A model generated the notes under the pieces. That model searched no databases. It saw nothing but the letters and a program-made list of their open reading frames with translations, and was not told the DNA's origin. A program made the position numbers and the translations under genes. Shown here piece after piece: positions 42,965 to 55,894 of a DNA stretch of 64,000 nucleotides (position 1 is the first letter of the stretch; each line of letters begins with the position of its first letter). Where the stretch lies: positions 35,588,001-35,652,000 of the forward strand of contig OX597818.1 of NCBI GenBank assembly GCA_951406725.2, read 5' to 3'. The DNA is from Octopus vulgaris. Lineage: Eukaryota.

Positions 42965-43520
42965 GCAGACAGGGAGAGGAGGAGGAAGGAAGAGAAGGAG
43001 GACGGGCAGAAAGAGCCAGGGAGTGAGAGAGAGACAGAGATAGAGAGAGAGAGGGACTCTGAGAGATAGAGTTAGAGAGAGAGAGCTAGAGAAAGAAAGA
43101 GAGTCAGACAGAGAGAAATAAAGAGAGGGAGAGCTAGAGAGAGAAAGCTAGGGAGAGAGAGAGAGAGTCAGACAGAGAGAAATAGTGAGAGAGAGAGAAA
43201 GCTAGAGTCAAACAGAGATAGAGAATAGAAGAGCCAGCGACGATGAGTGAGTCAGAGAGAGAGAGAGTGTTAGAGAGGGTTAGAGAAAGAGAGTTAGAGA
43301 GTGAGACAGAGAGAGAAAAAGAGAGAGAGAGATAACTTCTGCAGTATTTCTTCCGGGTCTTTACACTTTGAACTTCTGAGTTCGAATCCCGCCGAAGTCA
43401 CCTTTACCTTTCATACCTCTAGGATCAATAAATCAATAGCCATATTATACTATTCATAGTATGAATAGTATCGGCAAATCTCTTGCCCTCAAACATGCTG
43501 GTCTTGTGCCTAAATTAGAA
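42712..43520 (+). mobile_element. SINE family B split by a ~600-bp (AG)-rich tract
   Basis: Head GGTGAGCTGGTAGAATTATCAG at 42712; the body resumes at ~43340 with GCAGTATTTCTTCC...CTGAGTTCGAATCCCGCCGAAGTCA. Confidence 0.7.
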
Positions 43521-43638
43521 ACATTTATTGTAATCAGTTCCTTTTATGATCGGTAAGCAACTATATTTTCTGTTTAATGTCCCCATCCGGTTATTGTTAT
43601 CACAATAAGTAGCTTTCAATATATATATGATCAAATCA

Positions 43639-43845
43639 AGGCGGCGAGCTGGTAGAATCGTTACTGCGCCGGAAAAATTGCTTAGCAACATTTCTTCCGA
43701 CTTCACGTTCTGAGTTCAAAATGCCGCCTGTGTCAATTTTACCCTTTATCCTCTCAGGGTCGATAAAATAAGTACCTGTTGAACACTGGGTCAATATTAT
43801 CGGCTTACCCATTGCCCCGAATGTACTGGCCCTTTGCCAAAATTC
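43639..43845 (+). mobile_element. SINE family B
   Basis: Consensus match. Confidence 0.88.
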
Positions 43846-44062
43846 GGAGCAAAAGCTTCCCCGTGCGTTATATCCAGTACAGTTGAGAAAAAAAGAAATT
43901 TAGCTGTTACTTTTAGCAGGTTAACTGACCAGGCTGCGCTATTGCTGTCGTTAATACAATAGATGTGGTTTGTTTTCGTTTAGCCACAGGTAAATCATTA
44001 CCAAGCACATAGCAATGATCAAATGCGTTCCAAATGTGACCATTCCATTATTTTTTTCTTGA

Positions 44063-44194
44063 GCTGTGGTAAAAAGTTTGCTTCCAAGGTCAGTCCCACT
44101 GCATGGCACCTTGGGCAGGTGTCTTCTACTATAGCCTCGGACCGACCAAGGCCTTGCGACTGGATTTGGTAGACGGACGCTCAGAGAAGCCTGT

Positions 44195-44284
<90 letters not shown>

Positions 44285-44684
44285 ATGTAGGCGCAAGAGT
44301 GGATGTGTGACATGTAACTTGCTTACCAACCACATGGTTCCGGGTTCAGTCTCACTGCGTGGCACCTTGGACAAGTGTCTTCTACTATAGCCTCGGGCCG
44401 ACCAAAGCCTTGTGAGTGGATTTGGTAGATGGAAACTAAAAGAAGCCCGTCGTATGTGTGTGTGTGTGTGTGTGTTTGTGTTTGTCCCCCCCCCCACCAT
44501 TGCTTGACAACCGTTGCTGGTGTGTTTACGTTGCTGTAAATAGCAGTTCGGCAAAAAGGGACCGATAGAATAAGTACTAGGCTTACAAAGAATAAGTCCT
44601 GAGATCGATTTGTTCGACTAAAGACAGTGCTTAAGCATGGCCGCAGACAAATTACTAAAACATGTAAAAGACGAAAAGAATATA

Positions 44685-44721
<37 letters not shown>

Positions 44722-44926
44722 TACACCACTTGACAACCGGTGTTGGTGTGTTTATGTCACCGTAATCTAGCGGTTCGGCAAAAAGCCACCGATAGAATAA
44801 ATACCAGACTTTAAAAAAAAAACTTTCTGGGATCGATTTGTTTGACTAAAAAGCTCTTCCAGGCGTTGCCCCAGCATGGCCACAGTCAAATGACCGGAGC
44901 AAATGAAAGGTAAAAGATAAAAAGAT
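44063..44926 (+). mobile_element. Cluster of family A SINEs (5' half, full copy 44289-44680, 3' half); probably one copy nested in the microsatellite of another
   Basis: Order is head - microsatellite - full copy - microsatellite - tail. Confidence 0.85.
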
Positions 44927-45477
44927 ACAGGACTATGACACAGAACGTGTTTTCCTCGTTTTTAGTTAGACATTATATATAGACAGATAGAGATTTGATG
45001 GGGGGGGGGGGGGAAGATTTTGGCTGCTATTTCTAGCAGGTCAAAGTGGATGAAATATTGTTACGCGAGAAGTTATCATTCCTACTTTTGTCGTCTTCGT
45101 CACAGCCGTCGTCGTCGCCGCCGTAGTGGTGCAGCTAACTTTCATTAATAGTCGCAGACACTACGCGCGAAACACACGCACGAACACACACACGCACGCA
45201 CACACATACACATACACATACACACACACATATACACTTTCAACAGTTTCCTCTTTCAGATTCCGGACTTTATACTCTATATATCTTTTAATACGATTGC
45301 GTTGTTTGTTTTTACTTGTTTTTGTTTTTTTTGTTTTGTTTTCTTTTTTCTTTTTTGTTTTTACTTTTTGCTTCTCGTTTACTTTTTCTTTTTTCTTTTT
45401 CTTTCGTTCTCATTAAATGTTTGGGTCGATACAAACGACGACGATAGGCCTCTCGAAGACTAACGCTCTGAGTCAAA

Positions 45478-45500
45478 CATCACCATCGTCGTTGTCATCG

Positions 45501-45533
<33 letters not shown>

Positions 45534-45767
45534 CTATCACCATGGTAGCCTTCGCCGTCGTTGTCGGCGACGGCGACCTCTTGATCATTGTCTTCATAAT
45601 CATCATCATCATCAGCCTCCTACTCTTCCTCCACATCATCATTATCGTCATCATCATCACCCTCATCATCGTCATCATCATCATCATCATCATCGTCATC
45701 ATCATGGTCATCATCATCGTCATCATCATCATCATCGTCATCATCATCGTCATCATCATCATCATCG

Positions 45768-45805
<38 letters not shown>

Positions 45806-45977
45806 GTCATTATCATCATCGTCATCACCCTCATCATCGTCATCATCATCATCGTCATCGTCATCATCATCATCATCACCCTCATCATCGTCATCATCAT
45901 CATCGTCATCGTCATCATCATCGTCATCATCATCATCATCATCACCCTCATCATCGTCATCATCATCATCGTCATCG

Positions 45978-46010
<33 letters not shown>

Positions 46011-46075
46011 CGACCACCACCATCATCATCATCATCGACATCATCACGATCAGCATTATCATTATCATGGCCATG
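45478..46075. repeat. (TCA/TCG)n trinucleotide repeat
   Basis: Direct reading. Confidence 0.95.
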
Positions 46076-46586
46076 ATTACGAATCATGAATCTCATCTTG
46101 TATAAAAAAAGATCGATAGCGTGTGTGAACGTCGTTTGTAAATTTGTCCATGTGTGTGTGTCTGCCACCACCACTATGCCCATGTGTGCGTGTACATGCA
46201 TGAACGCACGTTTGTTTGTGTGTGTTTGTGTGTGTGTGTGGGGGGGCGTGTGTAACTGTGAGGCACGGGAGATAGACCCAGCCGAAGACAATGCATCTGT
46301 AGCTAATCTCTCATGAACTGTTTATCAATGAATTAGATTAGTCGCCTGCCACCTTCCCGTAAGATTTTACTTTTACTTCTGTCTGCATCTGTCTGTCTCT
46401 GTCTCTCTGTCCTACCTTCTCTGTCTGTCTCTATCTATCTATCTACCTACCTACCTACGTACCTACCTGTCTACCTGTCTGTCTGTACGTCTGTGTGTCT
46501 ATATGTCCGTCTGTTTCTCTGTCTGTCTCTCTCTCTCTATCAGACTCACTCTCCTTATCTCTGTTTCACACTGTATACATTTTGTT

Positions 46587-46628
<42 letters not shown>

Positions 46629-46810
46629 TTAGAAGATTTGGAGATAATGTACAGGTATTTTATATTAGAAGAAATGAGGTACTCAGAAATTCGGATGGTT
46701 TTATATTTACAGATATTTGTTTGTATATTATATGTTTTTATACATCATATAACATATATCATATATCATATATTAGCGCTTTCGTCCATTCTGGTGGATT
46801 TTTCAAATGG

Positions 46811-46901
<91 letters not shown>

Positions 46902-47015
46902 TAGATATATAGATATAGATATAGATATAGATATACACACATATATATATGTATATATGTATACACACATATATATATGTATATATGTATACACACACAT
47001 ACATATACATATACA

Positions 47016-47862
47016 TACTAGATCTGATCAATATGTATCCGGACTGTTCCTATAGTAGCGAAGGTATTGCACGCAGAGTAAAACCGCTTGGCAAAGATTG
47101 ACCTTGATTGTTGCTGAGTATGCGCAAGTAAGGATCTAGTTCACTTCTGCTGTTTATAGCAGTGCTTGGAATGAAGGTGCGTAGCGTGTGATTGTCGCAT
47201 TGACCATGACAAGGAAAGTTGTCATGTTGATACCTGCTCAGAGGCCTACGAGCCGCACAAGAGCGTACGAGTGGTTCAGACATTTCCAAGATGGCCGAAA
47301 AAATGTTGATAATGAGGAGGGCTGCAACCAGCAGAACTGAGAAAAAATATCGCAGGCGTGCGTGCAGCTGTGAGAGAAAATTATCGAATCACCATCCGTC
47401 AATTATCAGAGGATGTGTAGATTAGTTACGGTTCAGTTCAGACCATTATCATTGAAAATTTGGATATGAAACGCGTGTATGCTAAGTTTGTGCCAAAACT
47501 GCTTTCAGCTTACCAAAAAGACACCCAGGTGTCAGTTGCACAAGATCTCTTTGATTGTATCCAGAAAGATGAAAACATTTTGAAAACTTTGCGTAGGCCT
47601 CTGAGCAGGTATCACCAAGCTTTTGACAAAATTTCATGCAGATTCTCTGCTCAACTTTCTATGTCATATTCAGTGAAGTGATCACACGCTACACACCTTC
47701 CTTCTAAGCACTGCTGTAAAAGTAAGAAATGAGCTAGAACATTAAAACTTAGTGCGCATGTACGGCAGAGTTCAAAGTCAACCTGTGCCAAGCGGCTTTA
47801 CTCTGCATGCTTTAGGTTCGTTATTATGGCAATAGTCCATATACTTATTGATCACACTTGTA
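47016..47862 (+). mobile_element. Mariner-derived non-autonomous element with long inverted arms and a central transposase fragment
   Basis: Ends TGATCAATATGTATCCGGACTGTT / AATAGTCCATATACTTATTGATCA. The arms extend inward to TGATACCTGCTCAGAGGCCTACG / CGTAGGCCTCTGAGCAGGTATCA. The centre encodes RITIRQLSEDV...SVQTIIIENLDMKRVYAKFVPKLL (mariner HTH plus WVPxxL linker). Confidence 0.88.
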
Positions 47863-47866
47863 TACT

Positions 47867-47918
<52 letters not shown>

Positions 47919-48380
47919 CAAAAGCTAGATAAAATCCGGACTACAAGCTTCAAGTCAAGCAAAACCTCGGAAGTGGTAAATATTTAAGCGAGGTGTATAC
48001 ACCACGCTACTCCTGAAGCCAAAGGTATCTTGAGTGAATGAAAATTTACATTGTTGCGAGGAGGTACGTTAACACATGGAAGATTCGATCAGAATGAATA
48101 TATACATATATATGTGTGTGTATGTGTGTGTGTGTGTATAAATATGTGTACGTATGTGTATGATTGTGTGCGTGTGGAGGGGTTGTGTATGTGTGCAGAA
48201 AACGTAAATCTAATACAAACTTGCTGCCAGTTCAAACATGCTTGAAGGTGTTTGGTCTCGTAAGAAAGCCAGTCACTGTATTTTGTGGTGGAGAAAATTT
48301 CTGGCATCAGATTAGAGTAACCAATCACAGTACAACGACGGGAATATTATAAGTGACAACCCTCTCTTATCAGTTCACCT

Positions 48381-48432
48381 GTCTGATACTGAAGAGGAGA
48401 TAATCATTCCGAAATGCATGCATCCATCAGTC
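48381..48432 (+). ncRNA. Minimal type I hammerhead ribozyme motif
   Basis: gtCUGAUa CUGAAGA GGAG-auaauca-UUCC GAAA UGCAUGCA UC cAUCAGuc: intact core, 4-bp stem II, palindromic stem III, AUC triplet, stem I CUGAU/AUCAG with a mismatch next to the cleavage site. Confidence 0.78.
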
Positions 48433-48618
48433 TGCTTAGAGACCCCTGTGACTAATTCGGTGTATTTAACACATATTTGTGTAATCGAGAAATTTTCGTA
48501 TATATTCGAATATGCAAGAAAGTTTCTGATGGGTTCGTATATGCCTTAAGCATGTGGACAATGCTAATAAATTTGTACTTAAAACACACCACTGCTTAGC
48601 GTGTTCAGCCCATATAAA

Positions 48619-49007
48619 TCTATATATATATATATAAAGCTGAAGTTGTCTGTGTGTGTGGGGCAGGTTTGGTAGCCTTCAACTGACCTTGCAGCGCAAG
48701 TTGACCAAAATTGAGAGTATGACAGAAGAAGGCTTGCTCTTCATTCCGTAGAAGAAAAAAATTCAAAACAGACTATGTTAAGACCCAAAATTATTTACAT
48801 CAAAAAGGTACTTTTTTTCTATGAAAATCCCTAATTTTAACGATTTTTTGACTGCTGTGTCGCCGTTTTTCGGTGTATTTCAACCAGAAAATGTTCACTT
48901 AAAGAGAATTACAAGCTACATAAGGCAAAATTTTTACTTTTCAAAAATGCCAATTCTAATGGGTCGAAAAGAAAACAAACCCGAGCAATGCCGGGCTATA
49001 CTGCTAG
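48619..49007 (+). mobile_element. Non-autonomous Helitron
   Basis: A|TCTATATA...AAAGCTGAAGTTGT at the 5' end; CCCGAGCAATGCCGGG hairpin; CTAG|T. Confidence 0.85.
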
Positions 49008-49599
49008 TTTAATATAACATTACGTTTCTTTTGTAGCATATAATGTTTGTTCTTACCCTTCTTGCCTTCCCGATCTTCCGATCACCCTTTCCACCTCTGT
49101 CTGAGTGTCTGTCTCTCTCTTTCTCTGTCAGTCTATCTGTCTATCCGTCTGTCTCTGTCTCTCTGTCTCCCCCTCTCTCTTTCGCTCTTTCTATCTCTCC
49201 CTGTATGGTAATTTTATTTAATCTTTTCGAAAGATTTCAATGGAACACTCAATGCATTACTGTCAACAGGAACGACAAAGGAGTTTCCATAAACCGATGC
49301 AAAACAAATATACAAATAAAAGTTGAGGACACTATCCAGAGACTACAATTTATTGACTTTTTTTCGCTGACATACATAATTTACAATTCTATGTCTGGGA
49401 AATCCGACGGCCGCAGCAGACGATTATTGCCCATCAACAATATAAACACGAGTGTTTATATATAACCCACGTGCCTATACGAGACACCCTCTCATAGCAA
49501 ATAACGCAGTATTCAATGTTTATTCTGTGTTCTAACACATCATGTACTTTAATAGAATATGAATATTTTAAATCTGTCACTATTAACTGTTAATTATAT

Positions 49600-49880
49600 A
49601 TATAATGATAGAAATGTCAAGACACAAAAGAATGAAAGATACCTCGATATTATGTAAATAGAGAAATTTATCTGTAAATATAATATGTGACAATTATTCG
49701 GTAGCCATGATAAATCTCGGAGTTTCGGATGTCGGGGCGGAAACTCACGTCGGCATCTCTTCGGTTATCAGGCCGGCCCGATAACCGAAGAGATGCCGGC
49801 GTGGGTTTCCGCCCCGACATCCGAAACTCGGAGTTTTATCATGGCTACCGAATAATTGTCATATATTATATTTACAGATA
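49600..49880. mobile_element. Fold-back element, copy 2 (212-bp palindrome 49669-49880, no loop), with hammerhead-like motifs on both arms
   Basis: Near-perfect inverted repeat centred on GGCC|GGCC; homologous to 28189-28450 in the opposite orientation. Confidence 0.88.
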
Positions 49881-50569
49881 TATATATATATATGTATGTA
49901 TGTATGTATATACATACATGTGTATATATACACAGACACATATATACGCACATACACACACAAACACACACACACACACAAACATATACACACTCCATTC
50001 TGCCGCATATAGTCGAAAGGTACACACGTACATGAAGCTGGTATCGTTTCTTTTCTTGTTTCCTACTTGCTTACTTAGTTCTCTATTTTCGGAAAGTGTT
50101 CACCCACGAAACGTTAGCCAATCTATTATCCTTCACTGTTTTTTTCGGGGGGGGGGGGGTAAAATTCATTATGCCTAATATTTTGTGTTAATTTTTTTGT
50201 GACTCTGTGACTGTGTGTGTGTGTGTGGGGGTTAGCATTTTGTCTGCAGTCTTTTGCATTTTTGTCTACCTGTTATAATCACCCACGTTGCATAATCGTC
50301 TGTCTCTTATTCACCTCATCTCATTTGTGCTAGTTTACACACACACACGCACACATATACACGCGCGCGCGCAAGCACGCCCTCATGCTCACACAAACGC
50401 ATACATGTGTGTCCCACATGTTCCTTCTCAGTTTCTGGATGAGCAGTCCCTCTCTCACAAGGCATTGCTCACCCTGGTTGCCACGCAATGTGTCGCACAG
50501 TGCGATCGGAGTCCAAAGAAGGTTATTGAGAAGCAAATTCTTAACCAGACAAGTATTTAGTCACTCACT

Positions 50570-51115
50570 TGCTCTCACTTCTTCTCCTCTCCTCCTCCTT
50601 CTCCTTCACTCACTTCACTCCTCCTCCTGCACCTCCTCGTACTCCTCCCGCACCTCCTCCTCCTCCTTTTCATTCTCCTCCTTCTTTTACTCTTCGCCCT
50701 CCTTCTCCTCTTCCACTTTTTTCTAAACACTCACGCATACACACATTTTCTATAATTTACACACACACGCATACACACACACACAAACACACACTCTCCC
50801 CTCCCTCCCTCCATTCCTCCCTCCTCCCTCCCTCCCTCCCTCCCCTCCCCTATTCCTCTTTCTCCCCTCCTCTCTCTCCCCCTCTCTCCTCCTTTCTCTC
50901 TTCCTCTCCCTCTCCTTCTCACTCCCCATCGCTTTCTCCCCCCTCTATCTATCTCTTCCCCCTTCTCACCCCATCTCTCTCCCCCTCCCATCTCCCTCTC
51001 GCCCCCCCTATCCTCCTTCTCATCCCTCTACCTTCTCTCCGTCTCTCACTCCTTCCAATGTGGCTCTGCCCAAATTTATTCTTTCTCTGTCTCATTCCAT
51101 CTTTTCTTTCTCTAC
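50570..51115. repeat. CT-rich low-complexity polypyrimidine region
   Basis: Direct reading. Confidence 0.9.
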
Positions 51116-51397
51116 AACTTGTTGACTGAACAATGAAAATATAACCTTGTGCTAATTATTCTGGATCTGTAAGTTCTGAGCTCAAATCCCACCGACGAAG
51201 ACCTTTCTGTCATCCATCTGTGTCTGATAAAATAAAATACAAATCAAATACATTGAGATCGATGTAATTGGTGTGTACCTTTCAACTATATGCTGCAGAA
51301 TGGACCGTGTGTATGTGTGTATGCGTATATGTGTGTGTATATATCGATAGATATGTATATATGTATGTATATATATATATAGAGAGAGAGAGAGAAG

Positions 51398-51622
51398 AGC
51401 AAGGAAAAATTGTAAAAATGCAGAATGCTAAATTGAAAGAAAATTTTAATGAAATGAGAAATTGATAAAATATATAAATATATATTTATTCAAACTGGTT
51501 TTCGTCATAGTGTTACGAAAACCGGTGTGAATAAATATATATTTATATATTTTATCAATTTCTCATTTCATTAAAATTTTCTTTCAATTTAGCATTCTGC
51601 ATTTTTACAATTTTTCCTTGCT
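51398..51622. repeat. Near-perfect 225-bp inverted repeat (~108-bp arms, 9-nt loop)
   Basis: AGCAAGGAAAAATTGT...GGTTTTCGT catagtgtt ACGAAAACC...ACAATTTTTCCTTGCT; only two mismatches seen, both near the centre. Confidence 0.92.
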
Positions 51623-51667
51623 TATCATTTCTCCACGTGCGGTCAACACAACCCCACCATTTATTGA

Positions 51668-51732
<65 letters not shown>

Positions 51733-51950
51733 AGAATTCATAAAAAAAGACGAAGACAGGTGGTGTAGACAACAAACAGCTGTATTAGTATAACGCTCAG
51801 GAAGTGAAAAAGTCTTTAACGTTTCGAGCCTACGTTCTTCCACAGAAAGAAACAAGGAGAGAAAATAAAGAATGTGTAGTGGCTAGCGATCTATAATGGA
51901 GGGAGAAACGACAATAGGAAAAAGCAGAAAGTACAAAAAAAGTATAGAAA

Positions 51951-52002
<52 letters not shown>

Positions 52003-53105
52003 ATGTATATATACATATATGTATATATATACGTATATATATATGTATATATATATAATATATGTAAATTGATAAATATATATATGTATATATAATGTAT
52101 ATAAATTGATAAATAAAACATATGCATATATACATACATATATGTACGTACCTACATCTACATGTATATACACATGCATATATGGGTACAGGACACAAAA
52201 AAAACGTCGAACACAATGAGAAACGAAAACATAAACACAAAACCAAGGAAATGGACATTTTTCTTAAACAACGAAAATATGGAGTGCAGGACATATAACA
52301 AGGAAAATTCCCCTTCTTCAGTCGCCTCTGTTTCATCTACTCCGCGTTTCGAAGGTCAAGGCGAGACACGACTTCGGTGAAACATTCCTTCCCGCAAAAA
52401 GCAAATTAAATCAAATTTGAGATTTTTTGCGGAGGGGTAAAAATGGTAACAAAAACAGGACAGTAAAGACAGTACAAATTATAAACAGTAAAAGACAGGG
52501 CAAGGAGAATAACAGTAACACAAACAATGATGGCTGCTAAGCCAAACGAGAGAAAATATTACGAACGCTTGTTGAGAACGGCTGATAAATTGTATAAATA
52601 TATGTATATATGAGATAGACATACAAATTTATAAAAAGCATAGACAAACATGCAATGTCGTAGATATAGAATTATATTCATAGATACATATAGGCAATAT
52701 CTACATACATTCCCACATACACGAAGAAATACGCATGCGTGTGTTTACTTGAATATCCAGCTAGCAATCAATCAATACAGGTAGAGATACTTGCACGTAC
52801 TTACAACACGGATATACATACACACCTACATATATTCATATATTTGTATATGGTATCTATATACACACATCTAAATCACCACCGCTATATATACTTATCT
52901 ACTAATTGATTTTCATTGATTCTCACTTTTTCATTCCTCACCTATCTCATCTCATCATTTCATCATTACATCACTTTTCGACTTATTTTTTACCTTTCAT
53001 TCTACCGATGTTTGTTCTATATATTTTTCTATGCGACTGCCTAATTTTAAAAAAAATCTCCTTTATCACTGTCTCGTTATTTTCTCCCGTTTCTCTCTCC
53101 ACCTC

Positions 53106-53248
<143 letters not shown>

Positions 53249-53336
53249 CATACATATATAACAAAGTGAAGTTGTAAGATACCGCACGAGTGGAAATATA
53301 TATGAAAGAATGCATTTTCTAACCTTCTTTCATATA

Positions 53337-53374
<38 letters not shown>

Positions 53375-53699
53375 CAACTTATAAATAAGGGCAAACGAAA
53401 AAAATGTCTAATGCCAACTTTAAAGGTATTTTTTAATATGCTGGCCATTGATAAAAAATTTTTTTCGAAAAAATTTTATCCTACATTAGATATATATACA
53501 TATATATATTCCAAACGTATCCTAATGTAATCATTATTGTCCTTTGAACACCCTGATGATTCCCTATAGGATGCCAGCATCATTTCGGCAACGCTAATGG
53601 AATATTTTCCACATCATGCAGATGATGTAGCGCTAACGGCAGCGTTGGAGAGAATAAAGCTTGAGATTTTCTAGTCGATCCCAATAGTCAAGGTCTGTG

Positions 53700-54616
53700 A
53701 TGCCATCTATCTTTTATGTAATTGGCCTTTGAGGTGCTTCAATTTTCATGATACTTTGTTTCGTGGAGGGGGGGGGACCACGGTGAACAACAATATTGAA
53801 GGTGGGGTCGGGCAAAAGTGGAGAAGATAAGAATAATGGTGTGGGTATCTCTCGTCTGGCAAGTTCTGAGAATCCAGGAACACATTCTGCAGACCATGTC
53901 AACTTTGCTGCTTAATTGATGTTTTTAGATGCCGTGAGAGTTTCACCTGAAGGAAGGGAGTATGGAGTTTCAGGGTATCCTCTTTTCCGAAGAGGATTAA
54001 CTCAAATTTGTCCTCGTTCACTAGCATATTCTTTTCTGTCCATTGGATGACAGCCAGTAGATTTGACTGAAGGCATACCCTGTTACCCACTTCATTGATG
54101 ACCTTCTGGATCTTGGAACCATCTGCAAGGATTCTTATATTACTGTGCTTGATCATGCCAGTAATGTCATTGATGATGCAAAGAAGTGGGCGCAACACAG
54201 TACCTGGTGGAACACCACTACTGATTTTGGCTGGGCTTGATATTACTTCTTCGACTACAACATGTTGGTTTCAGCCAGTCAGGAAACACTCGATCCATTC
54301 TAGTAACTTTCCAGAGATACCGATGCTGGATAGTTATTTTTCAAGAGGATCTTAAGATCCATCCTGTCAAAGCCTTGCTGAAATCAAGGTAGACGACATC
54401 AGTATTCGGGCCCTCTCCCTAGGTTCTCAAAATGTCATCAAGGTGACGCAGGAGCAGTTCCTTCCATTACGGAACCCGCGTTGGTTGGGGTTCAGCAGTC
54501 TATTGCTTTCAAGAAAGTGGGTTATCCGTGATCTCACCACCATTTCAAATACCTTAATGATATCAGAGGTGAGCAAAGTCGGCCGGTAGTTCACTGCAAA
54601 TGACTTGTTTCCCTTA

Positions 54617-54617
<1 letters not shown>
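53700..54617 (-). mobile_element. Decayed LINE reverse transcriptase fragment (CR1/L2/Jockey-group-like)
   Basis: NYRPTLLTS..KVFE, NQRGFRNGRNC, DVVYLDFSKA, SGVPPGTVL, ILADGSK (FADD position), LQSNL..W..KNM.VN.DKF; frameshifted. Confidence 0.88.
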
Positions 54618-54658
<41 letters not shown>

Positions 54659-55427
54659 CGCATATATTTATTTTAGAGTTGTTGAAATGATAAAACAATA
54701 CATAAATGAATAATTAAAATGTAAATAAGTAAATGAAACAAACACATAAAAGAAATATAAATATCAGCGATAAAATAAGCAAAATATAAGTCAAACTTAT
54801 AAGGCAATGTGTGTGCTTTTAGTAAATACACATTTAAAAGCTAATGGTCGTGACCAGGAATAGGAAATCTATCGTTAATGAGTTAACATGAAACTTGTCA
54901 TATCAATCGTCGATGAGGTTTTAATAGAGCTCCAACTAGTTAAATCATTCCCTTTTGTTTTTATTGGTCACATAAAACTGCTCAATGTTAAGGAAGATAT
55001 TGAAGTTTAATGAGTATGTTCAAGATTAAGAAGCAATATGCAAGTATAGTGAAACGCTATTTAGAGATCTTAGAATTGCTGTTTTCAAAAACACGCATGC
55101 GTCCATTTATGTGGATGATCTGTATGCAGGAAAATGTTTGCGCATCACTTCGGTTGTGTCAATTATAAATGAAATTCTAGACGCATTCCTTAATTGCTAT
55201 AATGCTTTTAATTCAACTGATATTTTATGTCGCTTGTTTTAATGGTTTTAACTATTAAGCTCACTTCTGCACAACATGACAAAGAGTTAATATTGTTACG
55301 TCAGTATGTGTGTAAAATGTTGTCGAAGATAAAAATATTAAGACATATTACGTGTTATCTGGTGATTGTCTTAATGCTAAATTTCTATAGCGTTTTTATA
55401 TCATTTTCTGCAAAATGAAGAAATTTG

Positions 55428-55460
55428 TCATCGTCGTCATCACCTTCCTCCTCCTCCTCC

Positions 55461-55535
<75 letters not shown>

Positions 55536-55584
55536 CCACCACCATCATCATCATCATCATCATCACCACCACCATCATCATCAC

Positions 55585-55622
<38 letters not shown>

Positions 55623-55662
55623 CCACCATCATCACCATCACCATCACCATCATCACCACCAC

Positions 55663-55713
<51 letters not shown>

Positions 55714-55733
55714 TATCATCATCATCATCATCA
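55428..55733. repeat. (TCA/CCA)n trinucleotide repeat
   Basis: Direct reading. Confidence 0.95.
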
Positions 55734-55894
55734 ATATAGTGTTTCGGAGATTCTTTAGAATGACGAAAATAAAATGTCCGGCGATGTTTATTCTTTATAG
55801 TGTTGATAATATAATGTACCAGACGATGTAATATACTATTCCTCTCCTTAAAAATTGTTGGCTTTACACTTGGGAAGTTCAACCTTGGCAATCT

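Noticed and set aside
45460-46291. Poly-Asp / poly-Met / poly-Ile ORFs (also at 55385-55891)
   Set aside because: A (TCA)n microsatellite open in several frames, with no splice or domain context.
51506-51523. RSS/Transib-like CATAGTG..ACGAAAACC at the hairpin centre
   Set aside because: The spacer is 2 nt rather than 12 or 23, and the motif is internal rather than terminal; probably coincidence.
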